Shown here piece after piece: positions 45,212-53,411 of a stretch of 64,000 nucleotides of DNA. Source of the DNA: Eubacteriales bacterium. Its GTDB lineage: Bacteria > Bacillota > Clostridia > Oscillospirales > CAG-272. The stretch spans positions 1,730-65,729 of the forward strand of contig JAZQWM010000009.1 of NCBI GenBank assembly GCA_045632345.1. Direction: 5' to 3'. The notes below the pieces were generated by a model. It was not told where the DNA came from. It ran no database searches and saw nothing but the letters and a program-made list of their open reading frames with translations. The position numbers were made by a program, and so were the translations under genes. Each line of letters starts with the position of its first letter. Position 1 is the stretch's first letter.

Positions 45212-46093
45212 TTATCTTATGTCTTTTATAACCGTTTCCGGTGGAGTATCAAGAACCTCAGGCTTTTTAAAGAGCGTGCGCATATATTTCATGGCAGAGG
45301 CGTAATAGAAGCCGTCGCAAATTCTTTCATCAAGGTTATAGGTAACCTCAACGTAGTTGTATTTATAGACACTTCCGTCGGGATTTACTCTAAACTCTCT
45401 TTGCTTTGCGCCAAATGCGCAGAAGGTCGGAACGTTACCGAAATCGTAAAGGTGATGAACGATTGGCGGAATACCAAGTGAGCCCATTGAGGTAATAAAG
45501 AATGATGCGTGGAATGGGCTGAGATTTGTAAGCGCCTTTGGAAGAAGTCCCCAGTAATCAAGGAAGCGTAAAAATCTTACCGTCCATCTTAGAAAAATGC
45601 CTGGGATATAGTTAATAATTTTAATGAGCTTATCTAAGCCGTTTTTCTTAACCTCTCTGTATTCCTCAATTTTATCGTTTAATTGATTATATACGTCCTC
45701 GGCTGTGCAATCAGGCTTAACCATAATTTTAATAACGGTATCAGGAGATTCAAGCGTCATTTCCTTTTTGATTACAAGGCAAATTTCAACGTTCTCTCTT
45801 GAATATATTTTTTGACCTCTGATAAAACGGTTGATTGCAGGTCTTTGTGAGCAAGTTCTTGCATATGCTGCAACTAAGATATGCATCATATTGAAGTTTT
45901 TTAAGCCCTGCTCCTGCTTCTTCTTTATGTATTTATCAATAGGGGTTAAATTTATTTTATCAAAAATAAAGTTTTGTGAGCCGATACGATTTTCCATAAT
46001 AAACGGAATTAAGCGTGCCATTGGAGAAATTCCGCGCACTCTATGTACCTTATTCTTTAGCGGCTTTACCTTGACCTTTTTTTCTTTTTTCAT
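45212..46093 (-). CDS. 2-oxoacid dehydrogenase E2 / CAT-like acyltransferase catalytic-domain protein (no lipoyl domain)
   Basis: The ORF runs to GTG 46102; ATG 46093 has the better RBS. The C-terminal LDERICDG sits where E2/CAT enzymes carry DHRxxDG. Confidence 0.6.
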   Translation of the reverse strand: MKKEKKVKVKPLKNKVHRVRGISPMARLIPFIMENRIGSQNFIFDKINLTPIDKYIKKKQEQGLKNFNMMHILVAAYARTCSQRPAINRFIRGQKIYSRENVEICLVIKKEMTLESPDTVIKIMVKPDCTAEDVYNQLNDKIEEYREVKKNGLDKLIKIINYIPGIFLRWTVRFLRFLDYWGLLPKALTNLSPFHASFFITSMGSLGIPPIVHHLYDFGNVPTFCAFGAKQREFRVNPDGSVYKYNYVEVTYNLDERICDGFYYASAMKYMRTLFKKPEVLDTPPETVIKDIR

Positions 46094-46242
46094 GCTGTCC
46101 ACCCATTTAAGTTTAATTTCAGTTTAATTTAAGGTAGATATATTTTACCATATTTTTCGCAATTTGTACAGTACTTTTTTGTTTTTTTCAATGACTTGTC
46201 AACATTTTTAAAAGAAAATAGCGACACATGCCTCAGTTTTTA

Positions 46243-46271
46243 TTGATTTTAGCAATAAAATGTGATATAAT
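46243..46271 (+). promoter_or_regulatory. Promoter of deoB-cdd-pdp
   Basis: TTGATT-17-TATAAT with TGa extended -10. Confidence 0.55.
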
Positions 46272-46307
46272 TAAATTGAAAAGAAACTAACGACAAGGGG
46301 GATAAAT

Positions 46308-47468
46308 ATGAAGAGAATATTTTTAACTGTGCTTGACAGCTTTGGCGTTGGCTATTTGCCCGACGCAGATAAATTTGGAGACATGGGAGCTAACACGCTA
46401 AAGAGCGTTGCAAAAAGCGAAAGCTTAAATATACCTAACCTTATTAAATGCGGTCTTGGAAACATAGACGGTGTTGACGCTATCTCAAAATGCGACACAC
46501 CTACCAGCATATACGGTAGATTAAGAGAAAAATCTATGGGCAAGGACACAACCGTTGGACATTGGGAAATTGGCGGTATTGTATCAGACAGCCCGTTGCC
46601 TACGTATCCAGACGGATTTCCAAATGAGGTTTTAGAGGAGTTTACCGCTCTTACCGGCTACGGTGTATTATGTAATAAGCCATATTCGGGAACTCAGGTT
46701 ATAAATGATTATGGCAAGGAGCATCTTGAAACAGGAAAGCTGATTATTTACACATCTGCTGACAGCGTATTTCAAATTGCGGCTCACGAGGAGCTTGTTC
46801 CTCTTGAAAAGCTATACTCTGTGTGCGAAATTGCAAGAAAAATGCTTGTAGGTAAGCACGGAGTTGGCAGAGTTATTGCAAGACCATTTGTGGGAGAATA
46901 TCCTAATTTTAAGAGAACGGCAAACAGACGCGATTTTTCGCTTGAGCCAACAGGCAAAACTGTGCTTGATGCATTATATGAAAGTAAATTTGATGTAATT
47001 TCAGTTGGCAAGATTTACGATATATTTGCCCATCGCGGAATTAGTGAATATCATTTGACACATTCCAATACTGAGGGCATTGCTAAAATGCTTGAAATTA
47101 TGGAGCGTGATTTTAACGGTCTTTGCTTTACAAATTTAGTTGATTTTGATATGCTTTACGGACACAGAAACGATGCTAACGGCTATGCAGCTGCTTTAAG
47201 TGAGTTTGACTTATGTATCCCTGAGATTACGAAGCGACTTAACGATGATGATATTTATATTATCACCGCAGACCATGGCTGCGACCCTGGAGATGTTAGC
47301 ACAGACCATACAAGAGAGTATGTGCCTATTATTATTCTTGGCAAGAATATTGAAAGTAAAAATATCGGCACTATTGATTACTTCTCCACCATTGCTAAAA
47401 CTATTGGAGATTTAATGGGACTTGACTATGAATGTAAGGGCACTTCCCTTGCAAATTTAATTAAGTGA
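46308..47468 (+). CDS. deoB: Phosphopentomutase
   Basis: 386 aa. LDSFGVG, GKDTTVGHWE, TADHGCDP. Confidence 0.95.
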   Translation: MKRIFLTVLDSFGVGYLPDADKFGDMGANTLKSVAKSESLNIPNLIKCGLGNIDGVDAISKCDTPTSIYGRLREKSMGKDTTVGHWEIGGIVSDSPLPTYPDGFPNEVLEEFTALTGYGVLCNKPYSGTQVINDYGKEHLETGKLIIYTSADSVFQIAAHEELVPLEKLYSVCEIARKMLVGKHGVGRVIARPFVGEYPNFKRTANRRDFSLEPTGKTVLDALYESKFDVISVGKIYDIFAHRGISEYHLTHSNTEGIAKMLEIMERDFNGLCFTNLVDFDMLYGHRNDANGYAAALSEFDLCIPEITKRLNDDDIYIITADHGCDPGDVSTDHTREYVPIIILGKNIESKNIGTIDYFSTIAKTIGDLMGLDYECKGTSLANLIK

Positions 47469-47477
47469 GGTAATAAA

Positions 47478-47882
47478 ATGATAAATTACGAGGAGCTTGT
47501 TCAGCTAGCACTTTTTTCAAGGCAAAGAGCTTATTCGCCTTATTCAAATTTTAAGGTTGGCGCGTATCTTTTAGATGCTAACGATGAATGCTATTACGGC
47601 TGTAATATTGAAAACGCTTCCTACTCTGCTACAATTTGTGCGGAAAGAGGCGCGTTTATGCAGGCGGTATCTGTTGGAACCAGAAAATTCAAGGCGATTT
47701 GCATTGTGGGCGGAACTAATGAAATTACAGATTTTTGCTACCCCTGTGGCGTTTGTTTACAGTTCATGAGTGAATTTTGCGATAAGGATTTTGAAATCGT
47801 ATTGTTTAACGGCAAGGAAATTCGAGTACATACTCTTGGAGAGCTTTTGCCATACGTATTTGATAAGGAACAATTAAAATGA
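47478..47882 (+). CDS. cdd: Cytidine deaminase
   Basis: 134 aa. CAERGA and PCGVCLQ zinc ligands. Confidence 0.94.
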   Translation: MINYEELVQLALFSRQRAYSPYSNFKVGAYLLDANDECYYGCNIENASYSATICAERGAFMQAVSVGTRKFKAICIVGGTNEITDFCYPCGVCLQFMSEFCDKDFEIVLFNGKEIRVHTLGELLPYVFDKEQLK

Positions 47883-49177
47883 GAGCTTACGATATTATTT
47901 ATAAGAAAAGACAGGGGCTTGCTAACTCAAAAGAAGAAATTGAGTTTATGATTAACGGATATATGTCCGGAGACGTGGCTGATTATCAAATTTCAGCATA
48001 TCTTATGGCTATTTGCTTTAACTCAATGAATGAAGCTGAAACCTTTTACTTAACCGACGTAATGATGCGCTCGGGAGACTTAGTTGATTTAAGTCAATTT
48101 GGCAATTTATCCGTTGACAAGCACAGTACAGGCGGGGTTGGCGATAAAACAACGTTAATTGTTGCGCCTATTGTCGCTTCTCTTGGTTGCAAGGTTGCTA
48201 AAATGTCCGGTCGCGGTCTTGGTCATACAGGTGGCACGGTTGATAAGCTGGAGTCATTAGACGGATATAAATCTTCTCTTTCATCAGAGGAATTTTTAGG
48301 TCAGGTTGAAAGCGTTGGTATTGCCGTTACGGGACAAAGCGGAAATTTAGCTCCTGCTGACAAAAAGCTATACGCGTTAAGAGACGTAACTGCAACTATT
48401 GACTGCATACCTTTAATTGCTTCAAGCATTATGTCAAAGAAGCTAGCATCAGGTGCTAACACTATCGTTCTTGACGTAAAGTGTGGCAGCGGAGCTTTTA
48501 TGAAAGACCCCGAAAGTGCAAAAGCGTTGGCTAAGGCTATGATTGATATTGGCAAGAAATTTGGAAGAAACGTTCGTGCTTTAATTACAAACATGGACGT
48601 GCCTCTTGGCTCCTTTGTGGGTAACGCGTTAGAGGTTTATGAGGCAGTACAGGTATTAAGCGGTAAGGGCGAAAAAAATCTTACTGAGATTTGTATTTCT
48701 CTTGCTTCAAATATGGTTTCTCTTTCATTGAATATTGATATTGATGAAGCGAAATCGCGTGTTGAAAATGCTATATCAAGCGGTAAGGCACTTGAGAAAA
48801 TGAAGGAATGGATAGATGCTCAAGGCGGAGATATTGCTCCTTTAAACGAGCCAAGCTTACTTCTTAACGCTCCATGCAAAAAGGAATATAAAGCTGCTAC
48901 AAGCGGCTATATTTCAAAGATCAATGCGGAACGCGTCGGAATTGCATCAATGCTTTTAGGTGCAGGCCGTGCTAAGAAGGACGATATTATTGATTATCGT
49001 GCCGGCATCGAGCTTATATGCAAGCAGGGTCAATACGTAAATAAGGGCGACACACTTTGCGTGCTTTATTCATCAAATGAAGATTTATTTAATTCCTGTG
49101 AAGGAAAACTAGAGGAAGCTTTTTCATATGATACACGTGCTGTAAATGACAGCAAGCTGATTTACGATATATTATAA
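47879..49177 (+). CDS. pdp: Pyrimidine-nucleoside (thymidine) phosphorylase
   Basis: 432 aa. DKHSTGGVGDKT, SGRGLGHTGGTVDKLES. Overlaps cdd by 4 nt. Confidence 0.94.
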   Translation: MRAYDIIYKKRQGLANSKEEIEFMINGYMSGDVADYQISAYLMAICFNSMNEAETFYLTDVMMRSGDLVDLSQFGNLSVDKHSTGGVGDKTTLIVAPIVASLGCKVAKMSGRGLGHTGGTVDKLESLDGYKSSLSSEEFLGQVESVGIAVTGQSGNLAPADKKLYALRDVTATIDCIPLIASSIMSKKLASGANTIVLDVKCGSGAFMKDPESAKALAKAMIDIGKKFGRNVRALITNMDVPLGSFVGNALEVYEAVQVLSGKGEKNLTEICISLASNMVSLSLNIDIDEAKSRVENAISSGKALEKMKEWIDAQGGDIAPLNEPSLLLNAPCKKEYKAATSGYISKINAERVGIASMLLGAGRAKKDDIIDYRAGIELICKQGQYVNKGDTLCVLYSSNEDLFNSCEGKLEEAFSYDTRAVNDSKLIYDIL

Positions 49178-49181
49178 AATT

Positions 49182-49213
49182 ACTGCCTACGAAAATTTCG
49201 TAGGCAGTTTTTC
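49182..49213 (+). terminator. Terminator after pdp
   Basis: ctgcctacg...cgtaggcag stem followed by TTTTT. Confidence 0.85.
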
Positions 49214-49222
49214 AAACATGTA

Positions 49223-49251
49223 TTGATTTTATAAATTTTTAGGTATATAAT
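49223..49251 (+). promoter_or_regulatory. Promoter of the PHP-domain gene
   Basis: TTGATT-17-TATAAT. Confidence 0.5.
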
Positions 49252-49284
49252 ATAAGCGATAATATAAAATGAGGTAAATTTAAG

Positions 49285-49950
49285 ATGTTTAAAACGGAAT
49301 TACATTGCCACTCAAACGATATTAGCGCATGCGCTAGAGTTGGCACTACGGAAATTATAGATACGTTTGTTAAGGCGGGATATTCTTCTCTCGTTTTAGC
49401 TAACCACCTAAACAGCTGGACAGTTGATAATATTTGTCCTAACGACTGGAACGGATTTGTTGACAAGTATTATGAGGCTTACGAGAAACTAAAAAAGGAC
49501 GCTGAGGGTAAATTAAATATTTTATTTGGTGCGGAGCTAAGATTTAACGGAAGCAACAATGACTATTTAGTTTTCGGTATGACTAAGGAATTTTTATATG
49601 AGCATCCGGATATTTTTGATTTACATGCTGAGAAGTTCCACAATCTTGCCAAAGAAAATAACATGCTCTTTATTCAAGCCCACCCATTTAGAAACTGGAT
49701 GATGGTAATTGACCCAAGAATGGTTGACGGCGTTGAGGTATTTAACGGACATTTCGGTCATGATTCAAGAAATGAAATTGCTGACATGTGGGCTGAAAAG
49801 TTTAATTTAATTAAGACATCAGGCACAGATTTCCACTATATTACATCCCCTGCAAACGGTGGTATTTTCACAGAGGAAGAAATTACCGATATGGCTCAGC
49901 TTGTTGAAATTTTAAAGAGCGGCAATTACACTTTAAATAGAGATTGCTAA
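49285..49950 (+). CDS. PHP-domain metal-dependent phosphoesterase
   Basis: 221 aa. N-terminal ELHCHS; later HPF and DFH metal-ligand-like positions. Confidence 0.7.
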   Translation: MFKTELHCHSNDISACARVGTTEIIDTFVKAGYSSLVLANHLNSWTVDNICPNDWNGFVDKYYEAYEKLKKDAEGKLNILFGAELRFNGSNNDYLVFGMTKEFLYEHPDIFDLHAEKFHNLAKENNMLFIQAHPFRNWMMVIDPRMVDGVEVFNGHFGHDSRNEIADMWAEKFNLIKTSGTDFHYITSPANGGIFTEEEITDMAQLVEILKSGNYTLNRDC

Positions 49951-49962
49951 CACGGAGAAAAC

Positions 49963-50271
49963 ATGATTACACTTTCACAGTATAATGCTAAGTTTGAGGA
50001 ATGCTACAAAAGAATGACAAGAGTTAGAAATCTTGCAAGCGCATTAAAGGACGGTCGCTTTTGGTTTGGCGCAACGTCATTCAGATTAGACGTTGACAAA
50101 TATATGAAAACCATTAAATCTGTAAATGATGCATATAACTCTTCCCCATCGTATAAAAGCAAGGATTTTACACAGTACGTAGAAAAGCTTGAATATGACG
50201 TTAAGGGATACGAGGAATATTTAATAAAGGTTAAGGAAATATCGGAAGCGACTAGAAAAGCAGGATATTAA
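49963..50271 (+). CDS. Hypothetical protein
   Basis: 102-aa ORF with RBS ggaga, probably helical. I recognise no family. Confidence 0.5.
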   Translation: MITLSQYNAKFEECYKRMTRVRNLASALKDGRFWFGATSFRLDVDKYMKTIKSVNDAYNSSPSYKSKDFTQYVEKLEYDVKGYEEYLIKVKEISEATRKAGY

Positions 50272-50302
50272 AAAGCAAGAGGATTTTCCTCTTGCTTTTT
50301 TG
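50270..50302 (-). terminator. Bidirectional terminator between the 102-aa ORF and giant paralog 1 (GCAAGAGG stem family)
   Basis: gcaagagg-atttt-cctcttgc flanked by A5 and T6. Confidence 0.8.
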
Positions 50303-53248
50303 TTATTCTGTTAGTGAGTTTATCGACACACCTGTTGGTAGGCTTGTTTGAGTAGCTTGTAGATATACTGTTGTATCTCCCTCAGTTAAGTAGATTGCCA
50401 TAACAACTGCTAGGTCTTTATTTGCATCGTTAAAGCCTGATACCTTCAAGTCAAAGCCACAGAATTTTCTGTCAAGCTCTGCTTTTTGAGTAAAGGATAC
50501 TATCTCGTTATCAAGAGGAGCTTTTCCGTTGAGCTTTTCTTCAAGCGATAATACAACGCCGTAGCTTACTGACGTTTGATTTAAAGCTTCATAAGCATCA
50601 ATGGCACTCTTATTTATCATAAAGCCCATTGTAATTTCAAGTCTGCCATCCTCTGGCATTGAGTAGCCTAGGAATAAGAATAGTGGATCGGCAGATGGTG
50701 CTTCCTCAATATATTCACTCTCGCACACGCTGCAAATACAGGTCTTTGTACCTGTAAATACAAATCCGTTTGCGTAAGAAACGCCGATTATTTCGCCTTC
50801 CTTATGACCTGTAATTGGTAATAGCTCGTAGGTGTACGTAATTTCCTCATAGTTATTGCTATTTGTTTTTTGGTTAGTAAACACCTTAACGGTTACCTCG
50901 CCCTCAACGAATTCTCCGCAAGGGCAGTCGCCCTTATAACCCTTAAAGCCCACCTCTGTACACGTATCAACAACCTTGGTTGCTTCAACTAGTGGATGCG
51001 GAATACCGTAAACAATTTTATATGCAGGATAGGTTACACCGTCAACGGTTTTAGATTCACAGTTACTGAATGCGCTTCCGTGTGTAATTGGAGCGTTTGT
51101 ATAAACGGTAATACCGTGGCTCTTATGGAATGCATCATTGCTAAGTGAAAGCTCTGTTGAGTGAATATAAATTTCCGCAGGTCCTGTTGTTGGGTCGTTA
51201 TCGTCTGCCCATTCGTACGAGTAGCAGAACGTCCAGCCTGCTGGGAATTTATTTACTTCCATTAAAACAGCCTTTTTGAGCTTATAGTTTCTATTAAACG
51301 GGTCGTTATCTAAGGAAGTTATTCCTCTGCCTACGTAGATATATTCTATATTGTTTTCCCAGAATGCACTACCTGTAAATTGAGGTCTTGAATAGTCAGG
51401 CAAAATAATTTCTTTAATGCCTGTACAGTTACCAAATGCTTTACCTGCAAGAACATAATCGCTGTTTGTTGAGAAGGTTACCCTCTCAATGCTTTTTACC
51501 ATGCTGAAAACTTCTGCTTCATAGGTAACGAACGCGCCTTCCTTATCGGAAAGAATATTTTTGATTGCGGTGTTTGCGCAGCCCTTTTTAAACGTTACGT
51601 TGGCAGCGCCAATATTGATGGTTTCAAGTGAGGATAATTGTGCAAAGCTATATACGTTGATTTTTGCACCGTCCTCAATATTTATTGTTCTTAATCTATA
51701 TGCACCAAATTCAAATCTAATTGCTGAAATACATGCAGGAACAGATACCTCGGCAACGTCATCTGATGAGAAATCTCCGTAATACTTAATGCCTGTGATT
51801 GTATATGAGTATGCGCCCTCTTCGCCTGATGCTTCAAGATGGAATATATCGGTAACGGGAACACTCATTTTCACTTCTCCGTCTGATGTGTAGAAAACAA
51901 CTTCAACGCTTATGAATGATGGGTCATAGGAATACTTTTTGTTTTCTATTTTTCCACAAGAGGAGCATTCATAGGTTTTAACTCCCGCTTCCGTTGGAGT
52001 GGCAGGAACGTCATTTATAACGCTGAAGCTATGAGGTGCTTTTCCCTCTGATTCAATATAGTATGAATGCTGACATAGTGAACACGTAAATTCTGTTCTG
52101 CCTGATGATATACAGGTTGCTGCATATTCAGACTTTTCATAATTATGGATACAGTCAATAGGTACTACTGTAACAAACACCGTATCACCGACCTTTTGGG
52201 ATACTGTCGTGTGTGTATCAAGTAATAGCTCCTTAAGAGCTTCCGTTTCTGCAAAATTCAAAACAAATGAGCCACCTGTTACGTTGAAGTAGTTAAGCTG
52301 TTCATTATTATATGAATTTGTATTAGCTGAGAAAATCGCTGCATTTTCCTCGATAAAGATAAACGAGCCGCCGCTGATATTAACGTTTATAATACCTACG
52401 TAGGTTGTTCCGCCTGTAAGTGAAGGTCCTGTTAAAACGATTTCGGCTCCCTCATAAACGTTAACGTTTGGTTGTCTTTCCAAGTCTCTATCCATGTGTA
52501 GCAGTCTATACGCGGTAACCTTACCGTAAATATCCATTGTTGGATATAGCTGTGTACCAATGGTGTTTGTATCGCAGCCAAGAATAGCGGTTGATGCTTC
52601 AACTACGATATCAGCGCCGATAAGTAAATAGTTATTATTTCCCGCATAAGTATGAGAGTGCATTCTAAAAAGGTGCGCGCCTAAGCCTGACGTATCGCTT
52701 GGCTCAAATATAATTTCGCCCTCTCCGTAAAATCTTCTGCCTGCTCTTTCCTGCTCAAAGCCACGGTTTGTGCCTTTGATTGTCAAGGAATGTCCATTCA
52801 TAAAGAAATTGGTAATGCCTTGGTTTTTTGTTGAAATGGTGCCGCTTTCTGATACTAAGTCATTCATAAGCTTTACTGCTGTACCGTTTGCAACGGCAGT
52901 TTTCATGGCTTCGATTGTATCAACCTCAAGTGCCTTAAACTGATAAAGAGGTGTATTCTTATCAAAGCTTACAACGTCTCCTGCGCTCCACGCTTTACCG
53001 TCAGGTGTTGCCCATACTAAGCAGTAGCCTGTATCTACTGTTTTTGTAGGGAGTGTAATTTTTTCTCCCTTAGCAACAACTTGCGTTCCCTCTGTTCCAA
53101 CAGTCTTATCCAAGGAAGTTGAGTTTATTCCCGTCATATAGGAAATTGTTATTTGCTCCTGCTCTGCAAAGGTATTAAATGCCAAAAGCATAGCTGAGCA
53201 AATTGTAACTGTTATTATCGCTAATATAAGCAATATTCTTTTTTTCAT
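50303..53248 (-). CDS. Giant secreted protein, paralog 1: Flg_new-like repeat, Cys3-His modules, BspA-type LRRs, shared C-terminal domain
   Basis: The ORF runs to 53272. I moved the start to ATG 53248 (taaggagaaaagctATG), giving 981 aa. Signal peptide MKKRILLILAIITVTICSAMLLAFNTFA. Confidence 0.88.
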   Translation of the reverse strand: MKKRILLILAIITVTICSAMLLAFNTFAEQEQITISYMTGINSTSLDKTVGTEGTQVVAKGEKITLPTKTVDTGYCLVWATPDGKAWSAGDVVSFDKNTPLYQFKALEVDTIEAMKTAVANGTAVKLMNDLVSESGTISTKNQGITNFFMNGHSLTIKGTNRGFEQERAGRRFYGEGEIIFEPSDTSGLGAHLFRMHSHTYAGNNNYLLIGADIVVEASTAILGCDTNTIGTQLYPTMDIYGKVTAYRLLHMDRDLERQPNVNVYEGAEIVLTGPSLTGGTTYVGIINVNISGGSFIFIEENAAIFSANTNSYNNEQLNYFNVTGGSFVLNFAETEALKELLLDTHTTVSQKVGDTVFVTVVPIDCIHNYEKSEYAATCISSGRTEFTCSLCQHSYYIESEGKAPHSFSVINDVPATPTEAGVKTYECSSCGKIENKKYSYDPSFISVEVVFYTSDGEVKMSVPVTDIFHLEASGEEGAYSYTITGIKYYGDFSSDDVAEVSVPACISAIRFEFGAYRLRTINIEDGAKINVYSFAQLSSLETINIGAANVTFKKGCANTAIKNILSDKEGAFVTYEAEVFSMVKSIERVTFSTNSDYVLAGKAFGNCTGIKEIILPDYSRPQFTGSAFWENNIEYIYVGRGITSLDNDPFNRNYKLKKAVLMEVNKFPAGWTFCYSYEWADDNDPTTGPAEIYIHSTELSLSNDAFHKSHGITVYTNAPITHGSAFSNCESKTVDGVTYPAYKIVYGIPHPLVEATKVVDTCTEVGFKGYKGDCPCGEFVEGEVTVKVFTNQKTNSNNYEEITYTYELLPITGHKEGEIIGVSYANGFVFTGTKTCICSVCESEYIEEAPSADPLFLFLGYSMPEDGRLEITMGFMINKSAIDAYEALNQTSVSYGVVLSLEEKLNGKAPLDNEIVSFTQKAELDRKFCGFDLKVSGFNDANKDLAVVMAIYLTEGDTTVYLQATQTSLPTGVSINSLTE

Positions 53249-53282
53249 AGCTTTTCTCCTTAATATATACAATTACAATAAA

Positions 53283-53311
53283 ATTTTATCATATTTAGTT
53301 ATAATTGTCAA
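53283..53311 (-). promoter_or_regulatory. Promoter of giant paralog 1
   Basis: Gene-sense TTGACA-17-TAAAAT with TGa extended -10. Confidence 0.6.
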
Positions 53312-53373
53312 TAAATCGAGCGATATATATGCGTTTTTGGCAACAATGCACAAAACAATATTTTTATTTTTAT

Positions 53374-53406
53374 GCAAAAAAGCAAGAGGCTTAGCCTCTT
53401 GCTTTT
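53374..53406 (-). terminator. Terminator after giant paralog 2 (GCAAGAGG stem family)
   Basis: agcaagaggc-tta-gcctcttgct flanked by A6 and T4. Confidence 0.8.
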
Positions 53407-53411
53407 CTATT

